In this document: one piece after another, positions 45,908-59,429 of the stretch
Layout of the letters: every line of letters starts with the position of its first letter
How positions within the stretch are numbered: the first letter of the stretch is position 1
Assembly: GCA_964247055.1 (NCBI GenBank)
Contig: OZ176054.1
Span: forward strand, 8,742,001-8,806,000
DNA length: 64,000 nt
Source of the DNA: Paragordius varius
Lineage: Eukaryota; Animalia; Nematomorpha
Direction of reading: 5' to 3'
The notes under the pieces: model-generated
Told to the model about the DNA's origin: nothing
The model's database searches: none
Seen by the model: only the letters and a program-made list of their open reading frames with translations
Translations under genes and position numbers: made by a program

Positions 45908-48900
45908 TTACCACGCATCACATTTTTGTCGTCTGACTCCTTCCGGTTTGCATCCGAAAGCTCTCTGGAAATCATCGGAATTTGCTACACTTCCAAGGAT
46001 ACGGAATTTTGATGGTGGATGTACAAAGTGTATCATTTGTTGCTTAAAATATTCTTCGTTTGCCAGGCCCCATTCGCTCTAATACGAAAAATAAAAAAGT
46101 TTTATCGGGAAAATTAAGTTTATCGGATTCCTCAATTAATTATGGTGGGATAAAAATACAATTTAACCAATTAGTTCTCGCAATTAAATGATATTTTTCC
46201 TGTACTATTACAAAAAATTACTGGTTAAATTGAGTTAACCAAAAAACAGGTTATAATTAAAAATGAATTGCCTTCATGAAAAATTTATACAATGTTGAGT
46301 CGGTGTTAGAAATAATAGGTTTTATTCAGAAAAGAATATTAATAGTACTTGGGCATATGAGACAAAGTATAGTTGATCTTGATTTAGAGGAACGTCATGG
46401 AATGGCATATCATGGTTGTCAAATTCAAGCATTGAACTTACCGACTATAAATATTATTAATAAATATAATAATAAATGTAATTAAAAAATTTTATGATAC
46501 AATAAAAAAATTTTTATTACGACTCTTAAAAGTAACCTTTATTTTTACAGTCAAAAAAATATATTTTATTATATTCCCAATTTAAGTTTTTATTACACGA
46601 TGGGAATTGCATCTCTAGTTAAACATTTTCGGAAAGATTTCGTAAATATGAGGAAATTAAATATTTATCATCTGATACATGAACGTCACTATAAAAATAA
46701 TGTGCTCTGAAGCAATTTTTCGCAAAATATATGAGACCAAATAAATAGTTCCAGTTTATATTTTCACTTTCTAAAATTGAACCACCGACTCTATAATACA
46801 CCTCCAAGCAAAAATATTGAACAGTTTTTAGTAAATTAGTACTATAAAATATATAATCATTTTCAGTTGTGATCGTTTCGATTAAGTCATAGCAACGCGT
46901 CAAAGGGACAACCAGTGCACTATATATATAGTGTCTAATTGAAATATGCAACTTGTGCAATTTTAATTTTATTGGATGCAACACCAGCTTTCTGAACCCA
47001 AAATAATTTGTAATTACAATTACGTTGCACTGGGGCGAAAAAAACAAAAAAATATTTTTGCCAATTAGTTGGTAAAAATGTGATGATAGAATTTTTAGTT
47101 ATGGCTTTTAAGTTGTTGGATATTAAAAAATACATATTTTCTATTCTTGAATTGGTTTAATATTTTAATAGTAGGTCCAAACGCAAAAATCTGGTTTTGT
47201 GTTAAATTTGCCATAGAAATATATGGAAATGATGCTATTAGCTTTCATATAATGGAAAGAGGCAACTTATTTTTTTCATATTTTTGATTACGGTACTTTG
47301 ATATTGGCTACAAAAGTAACTTTGCTGTTTTTACCAATAAACTATTGTGTTGCCAATCGACCTGGAATAGTATGAATAAGCCAGCATTAACGTGCATATT
47401 GTAAATTAACCTTTTAATAAAATGGTAAAAAATATTGTATTGTTTTGATATATATTTTTTTCCATGCATTACTAAATAAGTCAAATTATAAGATATTTTT
47501 AATATTACGGTTCCAATGTATACAGAGGTGCCAACATGTGGCCTTCCGAGTTGTGCGACCCATGAAAAATTTGGAAATCCATAAATTATAAAATGCTCAC
47601 AAAATCTTAATGAAATTGATATTTCTTAAACAATTTTTCTAAATTAGTATATCCAATTGGCAAAAACTAGAAAATTTTGGTAAATTGTCTTTGCTTTTTA
47701 CAGTCTTATGTTTGAAATCTAATTAATTAATGAATGCCCACATATATTTCGAATGTGGCCCTCGAAGCCATTTTGGTTGGATACCTTTGGTGTAAATACA
47801 AAGAATTAATGAAATGGAATTCCCCAAAAACTTTCTTTAATCAGATGTAGCCCGGATTTATCCAGTAATTTTTCACTATATGTCCGTATATATACGAATT
47901 ATTCTAGATCTAAAAAAACAAATTTAAAATATCTATAATTTATGCCTATACCATACCAACCCATTTAGTATTTATAAAATGGAGTACATATTTTATTATG
48001 ACTTTAAAATATATACCTTGTATCCAATGCTTAAGCCAACATTGTCTGCTACGTTTTCAACGATCGAACCAGGATTGAGCTGTAAAAAAAATACCAAAAT
48101 TAAAAATTAATAAAATATTATAAATTAATTCAAAATACGGCGGAATGATTTTCAATGGCTGTTTTATTTAATTAGAATGGAAAAAATGTAAAAACCTTTA
48201 AGTTGCCTTGTCTAAATTTATCATATTGTTCCTTAAAACATTTTTCCCGTTTGACAAGATAATGCGTCCCTTGAGTGCTAATGATTGATTGATATCTCCC
48301 ATCAACATCATATATGTCTATCAAAGATTAAATAATCAAAAGGACTTATTTTAATTATTTAAATTAACATTTATAACAAAATTTAGAGTAATGAAATAAA
48401 TACCGAGCAATTTAGCAATTACTATTTAATTTTATAAATGCCCTTGTTAAATAAATTAATAATATTGTGTTATATCTTGTTTCAATTATTCGAAATATCA
48501 GCTACCACCAAGAGCCATTTTACTGCTATTATGGAATGCGAGGCTTAAAAATAACTATGGTTTAATACAGGGGTGTCCAACACAAATGGCTTGAAAAGCC
48601 ACCTTTTCGACCTCCAATACATTGATAACAAATAAATTTATAATATTAACATATAGATGTGCTAATTTTCATATCAAAAAGAAAATAAACAGTATAAATA
48701 TAAAAATGCTTTGCTAGTTAAATTATGTCAATGTGTAAAAAAAAGATAAAAATACATGGATATGGTAAACTTATTGCAATTCGATAGTATGACTAGAGTA
48801 GACTGCGGCGAATTTAATCGCCAAAATTAAACCTTTTTTTCTAATAAAAATAAAAGAAATAAATATTTTTCATTGCTTAATTAAATTTTAATGGGATATT

Positions 48901-49821
48901 TGTTTTGTAATTTTTTTGCTTAATTTATTCAGATCTATATCAATATTTGATACAGCACATCTCAATTCTTTCTCGAAGTTTGCATCATTTAATAAAGAAC
49001 GTGAAAGAGATTTTGTGTATTTCATTTTAGAAAAGATAAGTGGACCCAAAAGCACAAATTAATCTTTGTGTAAAAATTCTTAAATTAGGAAATTTATCAA
49101 ACGTTATATATTTTTTATAAAATTCAATTTTAGTTGTTTGCCCAAATAATAATTTTAATTCCTTATTGGATTGCAATAGTAATTCCATTTGTAAATTAAT
49201 AGGAGCGTTAATAGCTTCAACGAATGGTCAACACAATAAATCAAAAATTTTTTTATATTTTGTCATATCCCCGTATCGATTATTAAAGCTTTTGATAATA
49301 TGTTAATTTGATCTGCATATTTAAAAAAATCGTTAGTTTTACCAGCTTTAAATCTATTCAATTCTAGAAAATGTTCAGCGTTATTTTTTTAAATGGCATT
49401 CAAATAACGGCAATTTTTTACAAAACGCTTTAATATGGTTATTCGCATCAACAATTAAATCATCTTGCTTTTGGAAGGATTCATTTAATTGATTTATTCG
49501 GTAATATCTACGGAAAAGCATAACTCTGACAACCAATCTTCATTGGTTAATTCCTCTACCAAATAATTATTCTGCAATAGAAAAATATTTATTTCTTTTA
49601 ATAAATAATTAAGCCTTTTTAAACATTTCCCTCGACTAAGTCACCTTACATTTGAAAAAATATAAGATCTCCATATTCTAAATGAATTTCTTTTTATAAC
49701 TCCTTAAAATGCCTATGCTTCACATGAGATTTTATAAAATTAACTACTTTAATCAACGGTCATATCATTGTCCAATGTCAGAGCATGTGCGCAGAGATTT
49801 TCACGGTGAATCATGCAATGC

Positions 49822-49864
<43 letters not shown>

Positions 49865-52800
49865 TCAATATTAATACCATCGGATTTCATCTTATTTAAC
49901 AATAATTTCACGCCCTTGTTTTTTTCCCATCACAGCTGGGGCACCATCTGTTTTCAAACAAGATAGCGCCCTCATATTTAATTTATTGTCCTCACATTTT
50001 AAAATTGCATGAAACATATCATCCCTTAATTGTATTTTTCATCGGAAGTAAGCCTAACATATCTTCTGTTTTATTAAAAAATTCATCTATCCCTCGAATA
50101 AAGACTTCCAATTGTGATATGTTGCTTATATCTGTGCTTTCATCAAATGACAAGGAAAACGCCACAAAATTTTAAATTCTTTCTTTTAGGCTTCTATATC
50201 TGTAATTCGTCGACACATAGAATCGCGCGAAAGACTTATACTGGATATTAATTCAACTTTATTAGGCCCAACACATTTTATAATTTCCAGTACGCATTCC
50301 TTTACAAACTCACCATCAGAATAAGGCTTCATTTTTTTGGCTAGTAAAATGGCAACAATATAACTTGCCTTCACTATCGGATTAGGTTGTGTGAATGAAA
50401 TTGTTGGTTGGAGATTATTAATTTTTAAAGATTCTAATTTTACTATTATTTCTGTAGTCATTAATCAAATCCAAATGCATGGTATTGGCATTTTTTAAAT
50501 TAAATTCGCGAAACCCGTTTGTCGCAAATTTGCAAACAAGGCACTTCGCTTTGTTGAAAATTTGAGTAAACCCATATTTTAATTCCCAGTCGGGATTGTA
50601 TTTTCTAGTTACTTTTTTAGATTTATGCATATTGAAAGCTAAATAAATTATTTTAAATACCTATTTTTTGCAAGTAATTTAATTTTTCAATGGACCCAAA
50701 TTATAATTCCCAGTATTGGTATGAAAGCTAAATTATTTTAAATACCTATTTTTGCAAGTAATTTAATTTTTCAATGGACCTTAATAATAATTCCCAGTAT
50801 TGGTATAAAAGCTAAATAAATTATTTTAAATACCTATTTTTTGAAAGTATTTCAATGTTTCAATGGACCCAAATTATAATTCCGAGTATTGGTATGAAAG
50901 CTAAATAAATTATTTTAAATACCTATTTTTTGCAAGTAATTTAATGTTTTAATTTAATGTGAAAGTTATCATCTTGAAGTTGGAATTAACATGCAGGAAA
51001 AAATGTGTTTTATAAATGATTAAATGAATGCGATGATAGATATTTATAATAAAGAATTTTATTATAAGTTTTTAAAAATAATTTAAATGTCAAAATAAAA
51101 ATGCATAATTTACATATAATTAGTAATTATTTTTTTTTAAAAAAATTTTTTTTTCAAAATTTTCAAGCCCCTAGTGGCTCGCGAGTACCCTGTTGGACAC
51201 CCCTGGTTTAATAAATTAGCACTTGAATCACATTTATAATGTTGTTTTCAAAATTTATATGCACACAATTTGTCATTCTCAACTATATATTTTTTATGTT
51301 TTGACATTAATTATTATGTATCAAAGGAATGTAAAAATTAATTTTATACTTTGGGAGTCGAGGGAATGCATAATTTCATGAGCGATCGTAGCACCGATGC
51401 CTCCATAATTTAAAGTGCTATATTAATATATCACATATTAACATATAAAACGAATCTTAAATTCGTACTTTGTTAATAGTTAATAATGCATTAAATCTAG
51501 CCGTTCTGAAATTTTCACAAAAATTACAGTCGTAATTAAAAATTTAAAAATAATCACCATATTAGTTCCATATAAAGTCATATAATAGAACTTACTCTGG
51601 ATATGAAACATGGAATAATGGAGCCTTAAACAATCCAGCTGGTATACCTGTTTTATAAATAATAATAATTTATATAAATTATTATTTGTCCAAAAAAAAG
51701 TTATTGTTTAAATAAATATATATTTTTCTAAAATAATTACAAACGGTTTTAGCGCTGTAAACGTATTGAGCGTTGGCCTCAAATGCCGTAATGTACCAAT
51801 CCCTATATATATTTATAATATTCATTTTTTGCTTTCATTCAATATTTATGATTTTTTGCAAAATATTTTCATCTATCAATAAAATCGGTAATAAAAATAT
51901 TCACTATGATCAATGCCGAATAAATGTAATACTTGGAACGAATCAATCTCTATTTATATATGATTACTTATGGTAAAAAGTTTAGGTTTTAAGATACGGT
52001 CTGTATAAAATTAATTTAATATTAGCTATTTTAACTAATATAATATTTGTTATATTTAGTTAATCTATTGGAATATTTACCATATATCCTAGTTAAAATG
52101 AAAAATATTTTCCAATAAAACTAAACAAACATATAAAATATTATTAAATACAAACCAAAATCAAAAACAGGTGACCAAAACTTTAATTTGTTTAAAACAA
52201 TAAGATCTTACATTACATCCTCATGTTTAGTTTTGAGTAATTCATAATAGTGTTTCCAATAATAAGTTTCGGCCTGAACGACGTTTTCATGGAACGAATC
52301 TCCCACAAAATCATACTATATATCATGTATTTGATTGTATTAATAATTTATGGTTTGAAATTTGAGAACATGCATGCATTACATAATATTATCATCATAA
52401 AATATTTTTACCTCTTTAAACCGTTCCTCCAAGAATGTATTGTTTTTCGCAGCCCTTGAGCCGCCAATTTCCAGCCTAATCCGATTTATCTAGTTGAAAA
52501 AAATAATAGCTCTCAAATGCCAAAAATTGTATTATCGTATCGATATATTCTCATTAACGAGATCATCATAATTGAATTAAAACCTTTAAAATTAGTTTAT
52601 GATTAATTATGAAAAATCATATTGTTTTTAAAAGTATATATTAACAATTATTACCGTTCTAACTAGGATCGATTTATCTAGATTCGTTAGACTATACAAG
52701 GTTCTAATTGTGTACGATAGCAAACGACGAATGCGTAAGAACATGCCGATTGTCTAAAACGATTGAATTAAATTTGTAAATTAAACATTGTTATAATTTT

Positions 52801-55800
52801 AACATATTTGAATGTCTAAGCAATGCTAATCATTAATGAAATTTTAAACTCAAAAAAGAGTATAAATCACAAAATAGTATCCTAGTCTTTCTCAAATGTG
52901 TCCATTAAAATTAAGTAAAAAATATGCGTCTGGCTCCATTAATTGAAGCATATCAGAATTTTTTAAAGATAAAAGCTTTTTAAGATGTTTTATTTACAGA
53001 CCTATTTGTAATGAGGGAGTGCTTTCACAAATATATGCAATGGGCACCACATATGCTCACTTAGCAAAGTGCTCATTAACATACATTTAATTTATCTAAT
53101 ATATATTTAACAGTATTAGCTTTTAGTTTAAACAAAAATGATGGTCTTATGAGCCGATTGCGATTCGTTAATTACACACATACAATGTGTTACTATTTTT
53201 AAGTTTTAGCTTAATGAAATATGCCTTCCATCATAATAATATCAAATCAATTTTTTGTTTGATACGGAAATCCTTTACCAAATACTTAAATTTAAAGTAA
53301 TAGAATTTTATATGAATTACTTTTGGTAGATTGTTCATATGTTAGGATATATTTAAATACTGCCTTAGATTGCTAGCTTAGCTGAACAAATTAATAATTT
53401 TATAACATTAAAACCATATTATGATATTTTATGTGACATATTTATGAAAGATTAATAATTTACTTTTGAATATTCCTCTCGGTTAAAAAAATTTTTCTCA
53501 TAGATGTTGGAAATGGCGGATGGCATAAAATCTTCAACAGCGCGAGCACAATACTTAATATCCATATCATCCCATCTAACTTTGGTGAAGTATTTTAACA
53601 TTTTACGCTTCAAATCTTTAATATCTTCAGGCATGTATTGTACATAATGATCCACCACACCATATAAGAAATAATCATTTAACATTCTATTATAAATAAA
53701 CGGTAAAACATGACAGAAAACAGATTTTAAAATTTTTTGAGTTAATTCACAAAAGATAATAATATACTAATGTCCTATATTCTAAAAATTTTGAAATATC
53801 ATTTGACATTATTTTATCAAAAAATAAATAACTATTTATTAAATATACATTCTGCTACTTGTTTAACGGTTAAAACCAGGAGTGTCCAACAAGCGGTCCA
53901 AGGGCCTTATGCAGGCCACCAAAATATCGGCAGCACTCCAGATATTTCAAATACAAAATTTTACGAAAACTAAGTAACCGATTTTCTAACAAATACTCTA
54001 AAAAATATTTACGAATTTTGGCAATGAACTAGAAAAAATGTTAAAATACATAAAATTTATACAGTCTTATAAATCTAATAAAATATTTGTTCAACACCTA
54101 TATATTATGCGGCGGCCCGCCAGGATTTTGATCTGAAAATGCAACCTGCGAAGTCATTTTTGGGCACTGCTGGTTAAAACTAAATAAATTTTTTATGATT
54201 TTTATTATGTGTAATAAAATAACAATTTATAATATATATATAAAAAATATATTTAATAATTTTCATTGAAGCTAATGCGCGCAAAAGAAATTCGGAATTC
54301 AACCTTTTCTACATAAATGATGTATTACTTCCTTAGAGTTGTGAACCACAAATTTAAACTACAATATTTTTAATTTTAGTATATATATTGTTTAAACGGT
54401 CTAGCTTAAGAAAATATTTGTATTATAAAGAAGTCCTAAATCAATAGGATAGAAAAAATAACGAGTAGTCAAAATTGTTGTTATACAATAATATTTGTTT
54501 TTCTCCAAAGGATGCAGCCCAATTATTTAGAAAAGAGCGTTTATTTGATTTGCAGGGGCATAGTAAAGAGGAATGGAAGGGACTTATATATGCCCACGGC
54601 GCCAAAATTTGAGGGGCGTTGAAATAAGATTTTTAATTTAAAAAATATATGTACCGAGCGCCGCGAATTCTCCTTACTTCACTCTTGATTAGCAGGCATT
54701 TGGGTTATAGTATTAATATTTTTAAGTACCTTGAAAATGTTGGCTTGGATTTAGCGAATTTCAAAAATCGATGCAATCCATCCATGTAAGCCATGTCTTC
54801 GAGGATTATCATATTTTTATGCATGTTAACATTGTATTTGCCGAAAACATCATTGAAATATTCTCTCCATTTTATCTAAAAGTATTATTTTTTTTAAGAT
54901 TTTATTTTTCGAAATTTTTTTATAAACGTTAAAATATTTAATATTTTTATGGTTTCAATATATGAGACCATATATAAGATTATTGAAAATCTTAATTAGT
55001 TTTAATGAGTTTTCCTATATTTCACCTGATAAAATAAATAAAATACCGTGGTATAGAAAATATCCATCGTTTTTATCTGATATGGAATATATTCGTATTG
55101 ATCAGTCGTGGCTCTAGCTTCTTCGTAGATCTAACGGGAAAATTATTGTTTATTCATAAAGTAAAATATCTATTGAAAGGCATTTTTATTTTACACACGA
55201 AATTCAAATTGTAATAATGAATAAACTAATTAATATATTGTATGATATAGTATTATTCATATGCTCTGGATACGTTCCTAATTTATTTTATTAGCAATAT
55301 ATTTTAATTATTAAATTTTATTTGCAATCAACCGCACTTTATTCAAAAAACATTTATTTATGAAAGGCCAAATATTTTAGTGATATTTCTACCAACTTTT
55401 GTTCATACCTTAGCCAATTCACTTTCGACTTCGAAAATGCCCTCGACCGTATCCTCATCATAACCAAAAAAGGTGTTCATAACAGCATTCATATATTTCT
55501 TGTACTCAGTCATGAGTCCTTCATCATCATAATAGCTGGCAAATTTTAGCCGAGGTGTAGCCATGGTTAAAAGTATCATATGATCATTACCTTCTAAATG
55601 ATTGTAACGGATATCTATGTTGAATAGCGGATTGGTAGGGTGTAGTTCTGTAAGGAGTCGTTGAAAGTTCCAATCATTCATAAGGGCATTCATTGATCTA
55701 TCGAATTCCTCCGTATTACCAGATATGATAGTATCTTGCAGCGGTTTCCAATCAGTGGTGTATAAAATTTTTCGAAGCCAAAACTCCCGCAACTCGGGCG

Positions 55801-58338
55801 TTAGATGCTTCGATGAACGACGAGCCATACAAGAATCATAAAATCGCTTGGCTTTCCTTTCGAATTCGTATTTAAATGGGTAGCTATCATCTAACAATAA
55901 TAATATCAGTCAATATAAAAATTAAAAATTAAGCCAAAGCCCACTTGCAAATATTCTCACATCATTTCTAAAAATCGACACATTTTACAAACTCTTATTA
56001 GAAAAAACAAAGAGGGTGATTCTATAGATAACACATTAGTTAAACGTGAAAAAATGACAAGGGAATAAATGGAATTAAAAGCAATAGTGAACCTTATATA
56101 TGGAAAAATAAAAATGGCAAATATAGGTTACCCGAGCCACTTAGTGTATTAAAACAAATTAATAATATATAGACAATCCATTATTTTTACAAAGTTATTT
56201 GTTCAGTTTATTGGCTCTTTTATTTTTATTAGTGATCACTTTTAATAATGTTTACTGTAATGTAGCATCGATAATAAAAATTAAGACAAGCTTTAAATAT
56301 ACTTCAGGGTGGAACTACGAAAGAAACCGGTTTCGTTGGATAGGAATCACCCGATTCCGGTTCTAAAATATTAGAAACCAGCCCCGTTCCGGTATAATTT
56401 AAATTTGATTATACGATAACATTATTTCTGGTTTCCCATCAAAATGGAATTTGTTAATTTTTAAAAATTATCATATGATAACAATTTTTCGTATCGATGG
56501 AAATGGAATTACCATAACAATTTTTAAATAATTCCTTTATACTTAACGAGATATATCCAATTATTTTCTAGATTTTTGCAATCGATAGATTATGACCATT
56601 TACCTTAATGAGAAATAACTTTCAAAACCATAAGTTTTATAATGGAGTCTCATAAGTTGGGAAAGGGAAAATCAGATAAATTTATTCAAATTAGGCTTTC
56701 TTTTATTTTTTACTTTAAAAATTTTAAAGTAACATCTACCTTAAAGTAAATTATTAATTAAAAAAAATATGCTTTGATTTACGATCGTTCATATTTTGGT
56801 TAATGTTATTATAATAAAAATTTTATATGAATATTTAATCAATAGTCAGAAACCGAAATGGAACCGGTTTCGAAACCAATTCCGCTTGTCGGAAGTCAGG
56901 CCGGTTTTGGTTTTTATTTTTTCGGTGCGTTTGGAAGCCTTACATATTTAAATTCAACGAGGAGTTTGATTACAAAAATGTTTGATGATCAACTTAATCT
57001 TCATTGGTAACGTTTTGTATAATTTTTCTCCCAACTAATGTGTTAGATTTTAAAACTATACTTTATGAAAATTACAACCGTAGTGAAAGTTGTATTTACG
57101 CGATAAAAATAAATATAGTAAAATATTATAGGTATATTTTTACTTTTATTACGCTATATAATGTTTGACGAAACAGGAAATATTATATCTTGTTATAGTT
57201 GTGTGACCTTTAATGCTTTTATCAAATATTTATTCAGCAATTGCTAATATTAATCGCATTAAAACATTTTTAACACATTGCATAATTACGAATGTTTTTT
57301 GTATATACAATGTCATACAAAAAGGCTGATAACTTATAAATGTACAAAATTACAATACCCCTCTTTCCGCCCTGGTGAGAAACATATTTAATTTGAAACG
57401 ATTGCAATCTTAACAAAGGAAAGTCCATGATAAAAGCATTATTAGAGACGCTGTTTATTTGAAAAGTCTTTCATATTATTACTGTTTCTCATATTACAAT
57501 GCAACGTATATCATAAAAATATTTAAATAAGGTGAAAAAATCCAGGTATTTTAATTGAAATTTTTTAAAAATTATTAAAATTTACTCTTTATGCATAATT
57601 TTTAGTCGATTAGGATTAAATTTGGTTTTAATAAGTAAATTAATCAAACTGATATTGTCACAATCAAACTATAAATGTAGCCACTCTTTAGCTAATTTTG
57701 GCCTTAAATGTATAATAGTTAGTTAAAATTTGAAATTTTTTTTGTAATTTTATGAATTGATTTAAAAGCCATTCAATTACGTATTTTTGCAAAAGTAATT
57801 TGGGCACATAATATGTCAAGGAGGGTAAATTTAAAAACAATCAAACAAAATGTCATAAAATTTTACAATCATTGTGGCTTATTAGTATTAAATTGCAAAA
57901 GTTAATTAAGTAAGAAAATTTTATACCTTATTTTACCTGTAAGTAGGGTAAGTTAACAAAACACACATTTATTTTTAGCAATCTAAAAAATTTGAAATCT
58001 TATAAACACACAACAAAAGCAACTAGAAAATTAATACATATCTTTGATGAAAAGTATATTTGCGTTGATTAGCCTAAATAAAGGATTTTAATATTCAGCC
58101 CCAAAAGATGTATTTTAAATATACTTACTTAACAATTTATACAAGTCATAGGCGTTGGCTAAATTAACGTTTTCTATGGTAGAAAAATATTGGGCTGACT
58201 GAGTGAGATTATGTTTGTAGGAGTCCTCCAAACCACCACAAGCATAATTGAAGAAATCATTACACGGTGATTCTGAAGACTTAATACCAGAAAGGAGGAG
58301 TTCTTTCGAACTTATACGATACGGATTGTTACCATAAA
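45908..58338 (-). CDS. M13 family zinc metalloendopeptidase (neprilysin/ECE-like), 15 exons identified, N-terminal exon unresolved
   Basis: Phase-consistent GT-AG exons: 58338-58129, 55890-55409, 55130-55047, 54875-54730, 53686-53464, 52753-52655, 52489-52412, 52315-52212, 51802-51741, 51647-51596, 51417-51350, 48317-48196, 48079-48017, 46444-46349, 46078-45908 (2060 nt). Motifs SPCNDFFNYACG, KAKRFYDSCM, ANAQY, PAGL, NYGGIGATIAHEIMHSLD, ENVADN, QLYFVSYAQ, HPPSKFRILG and CDAW*. Confidence 0.93.
48568..51205 (-). mobile_element. GTF2IRD2-like hAT transposon, copy 2, in the M13 intron following the HExxH exon
   Basis: Same TIRs as 27642-30639, with identical 8-bp TSD gtttaata. Collinear decayed transposase and an ~88-bp tandem array at ~50634-50950. 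Confidence 0.92.
49824..49862. repeat. (TA)n microsatellite inside the transposase reading frame
   Basis: t(at)19 here versus t(at)5 at 29299-29309 in copy 1. Confidence 0.95.
53877..54172. mobile_element. 296-bp hAT MITE in an M13 intron
   Basis: TIRs caggagtgtccaa / ttgggcactgctg with identical 8-bp TSD gttaaaac. Confidence 0.85.
56305..56940. mobile_element. Degenerate element related to the GGAACCGG-motif family
   Basis: Clusters of aaccgg/ccggtt motifs at ~56320-56395 and ~56850-56910. TIR and TSD are not convincing. Confidence 0.4.
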
Positions 58339-59429
58339 CTAAAACAAGATATTAAATATAATAAAATGTAAAGTTATTTATTATTGAAAAATATACCAAA
58401 TCCAACTAATAAAATATGAAAATAAGTATCCCTTTGTCAAATGTTAGAAAATTGACTTTTACAATCAATCGCTTCAATATAATACAATTGTTAATTGTTA
58501 TTTGCCAATTATTATAACCTATTTAATCGTTAACATTTACGCAAGTTTATCAAGCGCAAAACTGACAATAATTCGTTTAAAATAGTTAATTTATGTTTAA
58601 ATCTGATGTTATATTCGCTATCTATGTAAAAACGCCATATCCAACAACCTTGAAACCAGTCTTCAATTATAAGGTGTTTTCTCACACATTTAATCTAATT
58701 AACATTTAACGATACAATTAAAAATTTAAAAGTATTAATTTTATATGATATCTAGTAATTTTCCTCAATCTAAAACAACAAACTTATTTGAGCTACACAA
58801 CATTTTTAATAATATTTTAATTAATTTTGTATTAGGTGACATTTAGAAGATAATGAATGGCTTAAATATGATTAAAAACGTTTACCACAATTGGGAATGT
58901 AACAAATAATACTAAAGATTATTGCAATCCATTTTGGTGAGGAAAACATAAAACTTATTTAAAGTAGCGAATAAAAGTAAGAATTTTAAAAAATCAACAA
59001 GAATGTAATTAATCTAGAATAAAATTTGGATGTAAAATTTTAAAATAAAAGATTGGATGCACTAAACACTTAAAAACTAAATATTTATAGGAAAGAATAT
59101 TATTTATTAAATAAAAAATGCAAATCAATATAGTCGAGAAAAATAATTCGCAAAATTAAAAACAAAAAAAAATTGTGAATTAATATTTCCAAAAAATAAT
59201 GATAAATGTTTATTCGTAGTCGTTTTGGGCTCTCTTGACAAACTATAGTATCTCAAATTTTATTAGTGAAAAAGGGGGTCGTCAAGGTTAAAAGTTAAAT
59301 ATAGATAAAAACGAAGGATATATATAAGGACATTAGTACACTATATTAATTTACTAAGCTTACTTACACAGTGTACAAAACAATATTTGTTAAGAAAAAA
59401 GCAGCGTGATAACTCCGAATTTACATAAA

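Noticed and set aside
46619-47047. 142-aa minus-strand ORF in an M13 intron with faint M13-like wording
   Set aside because: There is no HExxH or ENxAD and the true exons are accounted for on both sides; the resemblance is too weak without a search.
55925-55975. FASGLW as a possible YACGxW equivalent of the M13 gene
   Set aside because: A stop follows at once with no usable donor; the real motif SPCNDFFNYACG is in exon 58338-58129.
58397-58430. Hydrophobic candidate first exon of the M13 gene (TYFHILLVGF G|gt)
   Set aside because: The phase fits, but there is an upstream in-frame TGA and no ATG or strong acceptor, so it was not included in the model.
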